A stretch of DNA of 64,000 bases from Scyliorhinus canicula (lineage: Eukaryota), in assembly GCF_902713615.1 (NCBI RefSeq), contig NC_052149.1:127165256-127229255 (forward strand), given 5' to 3'. A model generated the notes under the pieces. The model did not search any database. It worked only from the letters and a program-made list of their open reading frames with translations, and was not told the DNA's origin. Numbering within the stretch: the stretch's first letter is position 1; each line of letters starts with the position of its first letter. This document shows positions 35,585 to 49,087 of this stretch, piece by piece. Position numbers and translations under genes: made by a program.

Positions 35585-36493
35585 CTTTGCTCGTTCTGGG
35601 TGAGTGCGCTTTACACTCAAATGGCTCTGTTTTATTCCTTAGCTCTAGGGTCGCCAGGTATCCTTATGATACCACCACGAGGTTCAAGTTCAAGTTCAGA
35701 CCAATGACTCAATGCACCAGTTAGTAAGTTCAAGCAAGACACGTTTATTATTACACGGTTATTTACTACTCATGCATATAACACTAAAAGACTAGGCTAT
35801 TCCTACCACTAACAGGCCAATACTTATCTGGAATAAGGGAACTGCCGGATCAGGGAACAATGGCCTCTTGCTTTGTCCTGAATCCACAGGCTTCCAGTTG
35901 GTGTGGACTAAAGGGGTCAGGAGTGTCTACTCTCGTAGCGTGCGTTGTATGACACTTACTTGATGGCGGCTGCTGACCAGGCCTCTCCTTCCCACGGTCT
36001 TCTGCTGCAAAGGTGTTCTGCTGGGAGGGCCGTCTGGTCAAGAAGAAAGAATCAGTCCTGGGACCTGACTTTTATAGGTCCCAGGGGCTTCGCATCCTTC
36101 AGGGCGGACCCTCTATAAACCTGCAATCGATTGGGTCTCTTCCCAATCGATTGATTTGAATTTCCCCAATAACGGGGCTGTTCCTTGATCACTGGGCGGT
36201 TCTTTCCACCTTATTTGTGTCCTTTGTCTCAGACTCCACCGGCGCCGGGATGTCTGACCTTCTATAGAATGTTTCAACCTCTTCTAATTGTTGTGTCCAT
36301 TGTGCCTGGGAATCACTGGGAATCACTCACTTAATATGCGCAGCTCGTTAGTTACAATTCTGTCTGGTTTCTTTAGCAGCTGGAATACAGGGGATTCTGC
36401 AAACTGCTTGTCTCTTTGCAACTGTCCATTTTTCCCTGTAACCTTTGTGTTCTTCCATTTTGTGTGAGGAAATGGCCAACCCAGGTGGCTACA
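35585..36493. mobile_element. Solo LTR (909 bp), same family as 13769-14719
   Basis: Ends GGTGGCTACA; 4-bp TSD AGTG (35581-35584 and 36494-36497); decayed 5' TG. Confidence 0.8.
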
Positions 36494-37105
36494 AGTGTCA
36501 TGAGAATGTCGCTTGAAGAAATGTTTGGCTCCTCATGTTACTGCAGTGATGTTAGTGTGTGGGTGGAGCTGACTTCTGGCTCTATTTTTTAGTTTCACTT
36601 TGAGAAAACCTTGGATGTGTCTGTGTTTTTTTTGGTTTTGTTTTCAGTGTTGCAGCTGAAGCCAGACAAAGCAGCTATACTGTTGATCTCTCTGCCATGA
36701 AAAGACTATCTCTTGATCCTTTGATGAATTCAGAATTATAAATGTTTTCAGCAGTGAATGTAAACCTGATGTGCTTCTGTTAAAAGTTGTTTCTTTTGTC
36801 TTCTGGATGTTGTTTGGTAAGTTATTAAGGATTACTTAGTGTTGTATTCTTTGGGGATTGTATTTGAATTAATGGTTGCTAAAAATGTTTTAAAAAGGTT
36901 AATTTGAGTTCATAGAATAAATATTGTTTGCTTTAAAAAATACTTTTCCATTTCTGCTGCACCACACCTGTAGAGTGGGCCGTATGCTCCCCATACCACA
37001 ATCTATTAAAAGTTGTGGTTCAGGTCAATTCCATGATACACTTTGGGGTTCTCTAAACCCTGGCCCATAACAAACTGGGGGCTCGAGGGGATAAAAGACT
37101 ATCTA

Positions 37106-37290
37106 TTAGTCGGGTCGGGTCGGGGGGGGGGGTCGGGTCGCGGGGGGAATCGGGTCGGGGGGGGGTTGGGTTGGGTTGGGGGGGGTCGGGTCGGGTCGGG
37201 GGGGGTCGGGTCGGGGGGGGGTCGGGTCGGGGGGGTGGAGGGGGTCGGGTCGGGGGGGTTGGGTCGGGGGGGGGGTCGGGTCGGGTTGAC
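37106..37290. repeat. G-rich (GGGTC/GGGTT)n low-complexity tract
   Basis: Direct reading; lies just 3' of the Gmr1 PBS. Confidence 0.9.
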
Positions 37291-37793
37291 ATTGATCCTG
37301 AGCTGCTGCGACCTGTCTGGTAGTGGTACATGAATTTTAGTTGCTGTATCTATGCTCTGAATATATATTAACATTACCTGTCTAATATTTTTCGCTAAAG
37401 GAGCACGGACGAATTCAAGCCTCTGAAATTGTAGCTTCTATGCCTGTGGCCATGTGGCCATCCGCCATGTTTGTGCGGGGCGGCCTGGGGGAGGGCGGCC
37501 ACTGCGCATGCGCTGGTTGGCACCGGCCCAACTGTGCATGCGCGGGACCCGAGTCTTTTACGCGGCGCTGGGTCTCTGACGCCGGTCACGCACTCCTTGA
37601 TGGCGCCCTCTAGCACATGGCGCCCCGGGAGACTGCCCGAGTTGCCGGTACCTTGAGCCGACCCTACCGGAGGAGGTATCTAGGACGTATGAGGATGTGA
37701 AAAAAATCCATCTTAGGTGCATATGAACTAGTGCCTGAAGCCTACAGAAAAATGTTTAGAAATTTAAGGAAAGAATTTGGTCAAACATACATG

Positions 37794-38356
37794 GGGCGCG
37801 ATTCTCCGCTGCCCACGATGGGTCGGAGAATAGCGGGAGGGCATCCCCGACATTTTTCAAGCCCTCCCGCTATTCTCCCCCCCCCCCCCCCCCACACCCG
37901 CCCCACGACATGAATCGCTGCTCACCATTTTTTACAGCGAACAGCGATTCTCCCCAGGCCGAAGGGCCGAGTGCCCAGGCCTTTACAACCGTTTTTACGG
38001 CAGCAAACACACCTGCTTGCTACCATCGTAAAAACGGCCGTAACATGCCCGTTCTGGACATCCAGGGCCCCGATTGGCACGGCCGTGCCAAGGGGGCATG
38101 GGCCCGCGATCCGTAACAGACACACTCTTTCTCCCTCCGCCGCCCCACAGGATCAGTCCGTGGGGCGGTCGAGGGAGATGACGGCCCCGTGCATGACGGT
38201 CGCTAAGTCCGCGATGCCGTGCTTCACAGGGCCCCGCTCCTAGCCCCACCCAGGGGGGTGAATCAGGTCCCGGGAGGGGGCGCGGAGGCTGCCGTGAAAC
38301 ACGGCCAGTTTCACGGCAGCCTTTACGATTCGCCGCATTTGCGGAGAATCGTGCCC
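37794..38356. mobile_element. PIF/Harbinger-type MITE inserted in the Gmr1 gag
   Basis: TIRs GGGCGCGATTCTCCG / CGGAGAATCGTGCCC; 3-bp TSD ATG; removing it restores ..EFGQTYMEFERIK.. Confidence 0.9.
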
Positions 38357-40736
38357 ATGGAGTTTGAAAGGATCAAACAGAATAATTTTGACAGGTGGAT
38401 AAGGGCTTTGAAAATAGTCCAAACATATGAAGCTCTCAGAGAAATTATACTTTTGGAGGAGTTTAAAAATTCAATTCCTGATGTAGTGAGAACTCATATG
38501 GAAGTGCAGAGGGTTAAAACTGCGAGATTAGCAGCAGAAATGGCAGATGATTATGAATTAGTTCATAAATCAAATGTTAGTTTCTGACATCAGTTTCAGC
38601 CGGTGAGTGATAGAAACTGGGGACATGAGAAATACTCAAGTCCTAAAGGTAAAGGTGATCTGATGGGAGATAATAAGGAAAATGTACCTCAGATTAAATA
38701 AGAAATCCAGGATGGTGGAAAATAAATGAAAAGTTACAAACGCTTTCACTGTAATAAACTAGGCCATATAAGTCACAGTGTTGGTGGTCGAAGAAAAGCA
38801 CTGGGAAGGCTGATGTGGTAAAACAGAATAAGACAGTGGGGTTTGTTAAAGTGGTAAAGGAAAGCCCAAGTGAAGCGAAGGAAGTGCAAAAGATTGTACA
38901 GCCTGTTCAAGAAGTAATTGTTAAGAAGGTGCCAGATGTTTTTAAAGAATTTACTTGTGTGGGTAAAGTTTACTCATGTGTATCAGGAGGAGCAGGTAAA
39001 GAAGTCACAATTTTAAGAGATACGGGAACTAGTCAATCTTTAATGGTAAGAGATGAGGAGGCAAGAATATTGCCAGAAAATGTGGTAACATGTGGAATTC
39101 AGGGTGAGGGGTGTATTGTCCCATTATATAAGATAAGATTGGAAAGTCCAGTGAAGAGTGGTGAAGTGGTAGTAGCAGTAACAGAGAAACTATTTTGTCC
39201 AGGAATACAGTTTACCTTGGGTAATGATATAGCTGGATCGCAGATGGGAGTGATACCTACTGTGGTTGCTAAGCCGGTGGAAAATCAGACAACTGAAGGA
39301 TTGAAGGACGAGTATCCTGGGATTTTTCCGGATTGTGTAGTAACAAGGTCACAAAGTCACAGATGAAGAAAAGAGGAGAAATCAAAGAGTGAAGATGACG
39401 TTGAAGTGCAATTGTCAGAAACAATTTTTGATGAGATGGTTGAAAAAGAACAAGAACAGGTGGAGGATTAGGCGGATATTTTTAGTTCAGGAAAATTGGT
39501 GGAGTTGCAACAGAAAGATGTAGAAATAAACTAGATGTATCAGAAAGCATAGACAGAAGAGGAATCTGAGAGTATACCAGAGTGTTATTACCGCAAAAGT
39601 GACGCCTTGATGAGAAAATGGCGACCTACATATGCAGGCGGATGAAAAGTGGGCAGAAGTTCATCAAGTAGTATTGCCGGTAGGGTAAAGAAAGGAAGTG
39701 TTGTGAGTTGCACTTGAGGTACCAGTGGGAAGTCATTTGGGAATAAGGAAAACTCAAGTAAAATACAAAAACATTTTTATTGGCCTGGACTTCATAAAGA
39801 TGGAGTTAAATTTTGTCAATCATGTCACACATATCAAGTGAGAGGGAAACCTCAAGCAGCGATAAAACCAGCGCCCTTAATACCCATTCCAGCATTTGAA
39901 GAATCTTTTACGAGGGTCCTAATTGATTGCCGTAGGACTGCTTCCTAAAACAAAAAGTGGGGATCAATATCTTTTGACGATAATGAATGTGTCTACTAGG
40001 TTTCCAGAGGCCATTCCAGTACGTAATATTGCAGCTTTACTAGATATGGACTACCCACAGAAATACGATCGGATCAAGGATCAAATTTTACCTCAAGATT
40101 ATTCAAAGAAGTTATGGATAACTTAGGAATAAAACAATTTAAATCAACTGCATACCATCCAGAATCACAGGGAACGTTGGAAAAGTGGCATCAGACATTA
40201 AAGACAATGTTGAGGGCTTATTGTCAAGATTATCCAGAGGATTGGGATAAAGGAATTCCAATCGTACTGTTTGCAATTAGGGATGGACCTAATGAGTCAA
40301 CCAAATTCAGTCCTTTTGAACTAATTTTTGGTCATGAAGTAAGAGGACCACTTAAATTGATTAAGGAAAAATTGGTGAGTGAGAAATCAGAACTTACATT
40401 ATTGGATTACGTGTCAAATTACAGGGAACGATTAACTAGAGCACGCAAATAGGCTAGACAACATTTAAAAATTGCACAAAATGTGATAAAATGGGTAGTG
40501 GACAAGAAATCCAAAGTTCATGGTTTTGCCAGTAGAGATAAAGTTTTAGAGTTGTCACCAGTGGTAGGTGAGCCTTTAAAAGCTAGGTTTTGTGGACCTT
40601 ATCAGATTGAAAGGAAATTAAGTGAGGTGAATTATGTGGTAAAAACACCAGAGAGAAGGAAGACTCACTGAGTGTGTCACGTGAATTTGTTTAAAAGGTA
40701 CTTTGAAAGGGAAGGAGAGAAAAAGGAGGAGGTTTT

Positions 40737-40957
40737 TTTTAATAAATTTAGATTATCCAATTATTTTTTCCAATTAAGCGGCAATTTAGCGTGGCCAATC
40801 CACCTACTCTGCACATTTTTGGGTTGTGGGGGCGAAACCCACGCAAACACGGGGAGAATGTGAAAACTCCACACGGACAGTGACCCAGAGCCGGGATCGA
40901 ACCTGGGACCTCAGCGCCGTGAGGCGGTTGTGCTAACCACTAGGCCACCGTGCTGCG
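40737..40957 (-). mobile_element. SINE between Gmr1 integrase and RT
   Basis: 15-bp TSD AAAGGAGGAGGTTTT at 40722-40736 and 40958-40972; tRNA-like head on the minus strand. Confidence 0.92.
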
Positions 40958-41962
40958 AAAGGAGGAGGTTTTAATGATTCCAACTCAAAGTGACAAACCA
41001 AATCCAGATGACTTGGAATTTGACATACTTCAAATTAAATTGGAAAATGAGGATGTTCTTAAAAATTGGGACACATCGTTGAGTTACCTTCCAGAGGAAA
41101 AACAGACTGACCTGAAAGAGTTATTGATATCACATGGGCAAGTATGTGGAGATAAATTGGGAAGTACTAAAATGGCTATACATGATGTAGATGTGAGAAA
41201 TGCTGTTCCAATCAAACAACATCCAGATAGACATAACCCTTTAAAATTGGCACAGGTTAACAAAGAGATTGAGAGTATGCTTAAAAATGGCATAATTGAA
41301 GTAGGTTGCAGCCAATGGAGTTCACCCATAGTGATGGTACCTAAACCAGACGGTACCCAAAGGCTGTGTGTGGACTATAGAAAGGTTAATGCAGTTACAA
41401 GAACGGATTCTTATCCTATCCCACGTTTGGAGGATTGCATTGAGGAAGTGGGACAATCAGCTTTTATTTCCAAACTGGATTTACTTAAAGGTTACTGGCA
41501 GGTACCTTTATCCGAAAGGGCGAAGGCGATTTCAGCGTTTGTGACTCCAGATGCTATATACCAATTCAAAGTTATGCCATTTGGCATGAAAAACGCCCCA
41601 GCCACATTTCAACGATTAACTAACAAAATCATTTCAGGATTACCCAATTGTGCGGTATACATCGATGATCTGGTATTTAAAACATCTGATGGAGTTATTC
41701 GATCGACTTCAGGAGGTGGGTTCGGTGATAAACCTAGCCAAAACTGAATTGGAAAAGCCCAAGTCACTTTCCTTGGCCATACAATCAGACAGGGTCGAAT
41801 GGTCACATGGGATGTGAAACCAACGGTTATTGAGGAGTTTCCAATACCCTCAAGACGAAGGAAAATAATGCAATTTCTTGGCATGAGTGGGTTTGATCGA
41901 GCATTTGTGCAAAAGCTTTGCAGTGTGATTGCTCCACTGATGGACTTGCTGAAGAAACATTG

Positions 41963-43112
41963 ATAGTGAGAGACCCGATGCAGTAAAAAGGTATTGACCG
42001 TTTCCTCGTGCCAGGTATAGTGAGAGAACCGGTGCAGTAAAACGGTATTGACCGTTTCCTCGTGCCAGGTATAGTGAGAGAACCGGCGCAGTAAAACGGT
42101 ATTGACCATTTCCTAGTGTCAGGTATAGTGAGAGACCCAGTGCAGTAAAACGGTATTGACCGTTTCCTAGTGTCAGGTGTAGTGAGAGACACGGTGCAGT
42201 AAAACGGTATTGACCGTTTCCTAGTGTCAGGTATAGTGAGAGACACAGTGCAGTAAAACGGTATTGACCGTTTCCTAGTGTCAGGTATAGTGAGAGACCC
42301 AGTGCAGTAAAACGGTATTGACCGTTTCCTAGTGTCAGGTGTAGTGAGAGACCCGATGCAGTAAAAAGGTATTGACCGTTTCCTCGTGCCAGGTATAGTG
42401 AGAGAACCGGTGCAGTAAAACGGTATTGACCATTTCCTAGTGTCAGGTATAGTGAGAGACCCAGTGCAGTAAAACGGTATTGACCGTTTCCTAGTGTCAG
42501 GTGCAATGAGAGACCCGGTGCAGTGAAACGGTATTGACCGTTTCCTAGTGTCAGGTATAGTGAGAGACACGGTGCAGTAAAACGGTACTGACAGTTTCCG
42601 AGTGTCAGGTAGTGAGAGATTCGGTGGAGTAAAACGGTATTGACCGTTTCCTAGTGTCAGGTGTAGTGACTGACCTGGTGCAGTAAAACGGTATTGACCG
42701 TTTCCTAGTGTCAGGTATAGTGAGAGACACGGTGCAGTAATACGGTATTGACCGTTTCCTAGTGACAGGTGTAGTGAGAGATCCGGTGCAGTAAAACGGT
42801 ATTGACCGTTTCCTAGTGTCAGGTATAGTGACTGACCCGGTGCAGTAAAACGGTATTGACCGTTTCCTAGTGTCAGGTGTAGTAAGAGATCCGGTGCAGT
42901 AAAACGGTATTGACCGTTTCCTAGTGTCAGGTGTAGTGAGAGACCCGGTGCAGTAAAACGGTATTCACCGTTTCCTAGTGTCAGGTATAGCGAGAGACCC
43001 GGTGCAGTAAAATGGTATTGACCGTTTCCTAGTGTCAGGTATAGTGAGAGACACGGTGCAGTGAAACGGTATTGACCGTTTCGTTGTATCAGGTGCAGTC
43101 ATTGACCCGGTG
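41963..43112. repeat. 54-bp minisatellite, about 21 copies, with an internal palindrome
   Basis: Unit GTGAGAGACCCGGTGCAGTAAAACGGTATTGACCGTTTCCTAGTGTCAGGTATA; contains AAACGGT-ATTG-ACCGTTT. Confidence 0.97.
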
Positions 43113-43131
43113 CAATATAACATTTTTTATC

Positions 43132-44014
43132 TGTCCAGTTGAGATACTTTCAACCAGTGCCATTAGTCAAAGGTTTCACCTCGGTCTCTTTTAATAAAGA
43201 GCAGAACAAGGACGAGTTCAAAATTGTTTATTTCATAAAGTTAACACATAAATTAACTCGAATATATGTACAAGAAACACCCAAAGTTTGGATCTATTAC
43301 CTGCAAGGTTGGTCTGGTTGAAGGATGTGTTCAATTGCTGAATCCCTCTGGTCCGTCGTCACAAAGGTGGGTCTCGCTGGCACCATCATCCTTCCGGCCA
43401 GTTCTTTCCATAGTTCCCACGCTTGGTCGCTGTGACCCAAGTGTCTATTTTTATCCCCTTTTCCTTCATGCTCTTTTGCCATTGCTTCTGCCTATGAGGC
43501 TTCGGGATGGGCTCCCAGCACCCAATGGTCCAGTTGATAAATTGTTGACAGGACACTTGGACCCTCCCCAGGTGTCCATTTTGAATAATGTGGCCTGCAT
43601 GTACCCTTTGCCAAATAAGGTAACGGCAGGAAATCGGGATGCTAAGGAGTCAGGCTCAATCTAGGCTCTGGACAATGTTCAGGTGCACATCAATAATGTT
43701 CGATGATCTCTTGATAGGGGATTGACAGGGCAGGTCTAGATAGCCTGCCTGATTCTGTATGTTCGAACTTGGCCAAGTCCGAATTCCCAGCAGGCCATTT
43801 GCTAAGCTGACTGTAGTTTAATTTAACGTGTCCAACTCTTTAATTTAGGATATCCAATTTTAGTTGGGCTAAAATTAGGTCTGCGAGGTCACCACAGTCC
43901 CTTGTCTTGATCTAGTGATCGTCAGCGACCGGATCTCACAACCCCACCAAACCATCTGAATGAGCAGATATCCGAATCGTGGACTCAGCAAAACTATTTC
44001 CCTCAACTGTGACA
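43132..44014 (-). mobile_element. Possible solo LTR
   Basis: TGTCCAGTT..AACTGTGACA imperfect inverted ends, with AATAAA- and TATA-like motifs on the minus strand; no TSD found. Confidence 0.35.
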
Positions 44015-44746
44015 GCCAACTTGATAAATAACAGAGGTAATGGGAAACAAACTACACTCAATACATGTACATGGCTTCAAGTATAAAATACATATATACA
44101 ATGGTGAAATTAAATAATAATTTAAAAAGACAAGATATACATCATAGTTCTTCCTCCTCAAATCTTCCATGCCGTCGGACTACACCTTCTGTATCCAAGC
44201 GCCGAGTTAGTTCTTTCTCTCACCTGATGAATTTGAGGGTGAGGATGGCAATGTACACAGATGCGTGTAGAATCCCTATTACGGTCGGGTGTGACAGGAG
44301 ACAGACCCTTGGGTGAATTTGAATGTTCAAACCACAATCCTCAAGGCCTTCCCACCAAATAGTGACTAATTTCAATAATGTCGTGTGGTGTTCTTTGTGT
44401 TGCTTATTCAGGATGGATTGCGTAGTGTTCCACAAAGAATGTAACTTTTACTTAAACAAAGCTATGATTTTATTTACACTACTAAACTGGGTTTGACACT
44501 TAGTCCTTATTAAAATACAGAATTGGTCAATACCATCTAACTACTGCTAATCTGACGAACTGGTATAACTTTAGTCTAACCTTCGCACACTAACTGCTCT
44601 GATGACCTCGCTCTAGCTGTCTCCTGCTTACTCCTCCCCTAAGGTCCAGCATCACTGCTTTATATAATAGTGTCTGCAGCTCCCTCTGGTGGCTATTCGT
44701 GGTACTACATTCATCCTTGTAATGCTGACAGTTACGATAATATCAC

Positions 44747-45250
44747 GGGCTGAATTCTCCGATTCTGAGGCTATGTCCCCACGCGGCGTGGGAACGGTTA
44801 CGCAAGGAAAATTGGCACAAAACGGACAGCAATTCCCAGTTTGCTGGGGGCTAGCAGGACGACAGCGTAGAGCACTTGGCTCTAACTGCTGATGCACTGC
44901 AGAGAATTGCTGGGTCCATGGCCGTGCATGCACACGGCGGCAGCCTGCAGCGGCCGTGCCAGGCTTCATGGCGGAGGTCCGCAGCCGCCACGCTGAGTTC
45001 CCGACGGATGTGACTAAGAGAGACCCACGGCGTCGGGAACTTGGCCAGTCGGGAGCGGAGCATTGGGTAGCAGGTCTCAGGCAATGTCCTGAGGCTGTTG
45101 ATATGTTGCACGGTGCACTACTAGAGTATGCCGCTTTGGAAGGGGCGGAGCATCCCGAAAGCGGCACCGCCCCCGATTTGGTCATAAACTTGGATTTTCC
45201 GGCCATTCGCCAAACGCAATTTCAGCGTCGGTGACCGGAGAATCCAGCCC
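44747..45250. mobile_element. PIF/Harbinger-type MITE
   Basis: TIRs GGGCTGAATTCTCC / GGAGAATCCAGCCC; flanks CAC/CTC. Confidence 0.85.
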
Positions 45251-46479
45251 CTCATGTCTTTCTTTATTTTCCCTGTTTGTTGCACCACTTGGACGAAGGT
45301 TTGAGCGTAGTTACCTATTGTGTCCGAATTTATTGGAGTTTTTTGGGCAGAAGTGTTATCAGATCTATCCATGTACTTCCCCAGAGTTTGTCCCAATTCC
45401 TTGCTTGTGTTCTTCCTGACTTCTCCCTCCGGTGTTTGTCTACAATCTCAATTAGCCCTATTCTGGCAGGGATGTGTGACCTAAGGCAAAGGTGGTGTTG
45501 GGTATGTCACAAGTTGCTGCCCCATACCGGTACTTTGCTATTGAGGTGGTGATGCAATATTCTCTCTCCCTCCTGTAAACTACCCGGGTGACATCCCTTT
45601 CCATATTCTGAATTTCCAAAGTTGAAGTTAGGTCAGTCGATGTCCTGAATCTGCACAGAACATGCTCGTTCTCATACACCAGGTATGGGACACCACAGTT
45701 TTGTCTGTGTGTTCACATCTTTACAGGCTGGCGCCTATTAGCTTCCCTCTTTTCTCAACCATGTTAGAAGTTTCGAGTTGAGATGTCTGTCCAGAAAGCA
45801 CAGTTTGAATGGACGCTGAAGATAAAACAATCAGAATGTTTAACAAGAGACCTTTGAAAAACAATGATGTTATCTCAGATAAAGAATATGTGCTGATAAA
45901 CACCTGGGACTTTAAATCTAAAAACAAATTCACACACATGAGGAAGGGTTTTTTTCAATGTTGATTTTATAAATTACAATTCTTACAAAGTTCAAAGGCT
46001 TGGTTCCTGAAAAATAATAATAATAATAATCGCTTATTGTCACAAATAGTCTTCAATGAAGTTACTGTGAAAGCCCCTCGTTGCCACATTACGGCACCTG
46101 TTCGGGGAGGCCGGTACAGGAATTGAACCCGCACTGCTGGCCTTGTTCTGCATCACAAACCAGCTGCTTAGCCCACTGTGCTAAACCAGACCCTAGTTCT
46201 CAACTAGAATTTTTTATTTTAAAATGTTTGACAACAGTTGACACTAATTCAAATGCTGCCAGCTCCCATCTATAGAATCCCTACACTGCAGAAAGAGGCC
46301 AATCAGCCCATCGGGTCTGCACTGACCCTCGGAAGGAACACCCATCTCAGCCCATTCCCCTGCCCTATCCCTGAAATCCCACCTATTGATCATGGCCAAA
46401 CCACCCAATGTGCATCTCTTTGGACTGTGGGGGGAAACCGAAGTGTTATATTACTTGGTTTAAGTAATATATGTCATTG

Positions 46480-49087
46480 CTAACTGTAGATGATGTTGAA
46501 GTACACTTGAGTCTTCGAAGTAAACTGAAAGTTGACGCTCTCAGTGATGACCCGTTGTAACTGGACCACACTCTCAAAATCCACTGCAATGGCCAGGTGA
46601 CTCTGGTACATGGCTGCCTGTGACAGGGCAGCCCTGCCCTGGGCCTCAGCCACCAACTGTACAGATGGCTCCAGGCCTTAGACACCTTGACCCATAGCCG
46701 AAACCTTCACCACCCCCAAGGCCTCCACTGTGGATGCCACCTGTGTGGGATTGGCCTGGGGGCCACGCATGGTCGGCACCACCTCCTGCTCCTCCAACTG
46801 CAACAGCAGGCGCTGGATGCTCACCGACAACTCATCAAGTAGTTCCTGGCTCTGCGACTGAATCTTCACAATCGATGGGACTGTGCATTGCAGAAGCCTG
46901 AGACCTGTCTGGATGACAGCTTATCCCTGGGGCTCACCGTCCAACGTCCACCCACTCGGGGGTTCCTACCTCCTCCTACTGCACTGCAGCACTTTTATGG
47001 TGTGCACCAGATAGTGCCCCAGGAGCCTCTTCACTAACCGAGTTGGGGGTCTCTGGGATGGGGGAGAGTGTTGGAGACAGCTGTGACGGTAGGTCGGTGA
47101 TTTCCCCGGATTCGGGCTCTGCGGTATCAAGGGATGTGGGCCGAGGGCTGCTGTTGCTGTCCGTACCCTCGTCGTCGCTGCTCTCCACTTGTGGTTGTGG
47201 TTGGACGCATAATTGCGTCACAGCCGGTGGGGAATGGTGGTGGTGGTGGCGTAGGAGTGTGGGGGTGGTGGTGGTGGCATGGTGGTGTGGGCGGTGGCGG
47301 TGGTGGGTGGGTGTGGGGACTTGGGTGGTGGAGAGGGGATGTGGGTGGCAAGGGGGTGTGGGGGGTGGTGTGCGGTTGAAGGGTGTGGCGCTGGTGTGGG
47401 TGTAGAGGTGGATGGAGGGATGGGGTTGGTGGTGGTGGTGGGGTGGGGGCATGGGGGCAGGAGGGGGGGGGTGCGACACAGGTGCCATGGGGAACCGGAA
47501 CTCAACAGAGTCTCACTTCCCGAAAGACGTGCTGTTAGGTAATTTGGACATTCTGAATTCTCGCTCTGTGTACCCGAACAGGTGCCGGATTGTGACGACT
47601 AGGGCTTTTCACAGTAACTTCATTACAGTGCTAATGTAAGCCTACTTGTGACAATAATAATGATTATTAATGAATAAAAGGGCAGCACAGTGGCACAATG
47701 GTTAGCACTGCTGCCTCACAGCTCCAGGGACCCAGGTTCAATTCCGGCCTCGGGTCACTGTCTGTGCGGAGTTCACTCTTTCTCCCCGTGTCTCCATGGG
47801 TATCCTCCGGGTGTTCCCGTTTCCTCCCACAATCCAGAAGATGTGCAGGCTAGGTGGATTGGCCATGCTAAATTGCCCCTTAGTGTCAAAAGATTAGGTG
47901 GGATTACCAGGTTATGGGGATAGGAGGTGAGGACTTAAGTAGGATGCTCTTTCCAAGGGCTGGTGCAGACTCGATGGGCAGAATGGCCTCCTTCTGCACA
48001 GACAATTCTATGATTCTATGATTCCTCACCTGATGCCAACCTCCGCCTCGGCGACTGCCCTTTCCCCGGGCACACCGACCACATCCAGTGCCCTCTGTTC
48101 CACTGCTGTGAGAGGCCTCAGGTCTGGCAATGCCCCTCCAGTCTTCTCCCTCTCACCACGATTATGAGCGGCCCTCTCCTGGGAGGGGGGAAACAGAAAA
48201 TGCACAATGTTTGACAGTCCAATACATGCAGCCCAGGGGGTGGGTATCTGATGGCTTCATGACCAGGGCACCCGGCCATGGTGGCCAGTATGGGTGCCAG
48301 CATGTGGTGCAGGGTGGGTTCGGCCACCATCTGGCTGGGGACGGAGGGTGTGGAATTACAGATGTGTGACACAGGGGCTGGTGCTCGGGGCACAGTGCTG
48401 CCTACTCACCCTGGCCGCCCTGAGGAGGTCATGCAGTTTATTTCGGCACGGTTGGCCAGTCCTAGCGGTGTTGCCCATGACGCTCACGACCTCTGCCACC
48501 TGTATCCAGGCCTGACGAACAGTGACGGCTGGCAATCTCCTTCCCACTCTGGGTACAGGCTTGTGAGCCTCCTGAGTGTCAATTCTGGGGCAGCACAGTA
48601 ACACGGTGGTTAGCACAGGTCCAGGGTCCCAGATTCGATTCCCGGCTTGGGTCACTGTCTGTGCGGAGTCTGCACGTTCTCCCCGTGTCTACGTGGGTTT
48701 CCTCCGGGTGCTCCGGTTTCCTCCCACAGTCCAAAAATGTGCAGGTTAGCTAGACTGGCCATGCTAATTGGCCATCCCTTAGTGTCCAAACAGGTTGGGT
48801 GGGATTACTGGGTTACGGGGATAGGGTGGATGTGTGCGCTTGGGTAGGGTGCTCTTTCCAAGGGCCGATGCAGATTCGACGGGCTGAATGGCCTCCTTCT
48901 GCACTGTAAATTCTCTAATTCTGAACCCGGTGAATCAATCACCGCTTCTCATTAGAATCGATCGTGCCCTACGTTGCGCCAGTGCTAGCCCCTTAATGGT
49001 CGGCAAATCGGTTCAGGTGCGGCGCCAATTTTACTGTTGTAGAAGCCCACGGTATCAACACTCTCTCAGGAATGGAGAATCCAGCCC
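46480..49087 (-). mobile_element. Harbinger element fragment encoding a decayed Myb/SANT-like protein
   Basis: AWIQVAEVVSVMGNTARTGQPCRNKLHDL trihelix-like motif (48420-48570); coiled C-terminal pieces at ~46700-46870; terminal GGAGAATCCAGCCC at 49074-49087; interrupted by SINEs. Confidence 0.7.

Larger units (their letters stand above)
36496..41962 (+). mobile_element. Gmr1-type Gypsy retrotransposon (gag-PR-IN-RT order), 3'-truncated
   Basis: LTR 36496-37072; tRNA-Pro-type PBS TGGGGGCTCG 37076-37085; SCAN-like gag ~37690-38590; protease LRDTG ~39020; integrase ~39700-40670 upstream of RT ~41000-41960 (CVDYRK, PFGMKNA, YIDD); many stop codons. Confidence 0.9.

Noticed and set aside
37106-37290. 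Switch-region-like G-rich pentamers
   Set aside because: Short, lies inside a retrotransposon leader, lacks AGCT density, and light-chain loci do not class-switch.
41827-43112. CRISPR-like appearance and 18-aa-repeat ORFs of the palindromic 54-bp array
   Set aside because: No unique spacers, no cas genes and a vertebrate context; the ORFs reflect the 54-bp period.
45250-45950. Possible env or other ORF next to an LTR-like segment
   Set aside because: All frames contain several stops and I recognise no motif; left unassigned.
46976-47542. Pro/His-rich and Gly/Trp-rich ORFs
   Set aside because: Low-complexity (GGT)n/(GT)n sequence within the decayed Harbinger Myb gene region.
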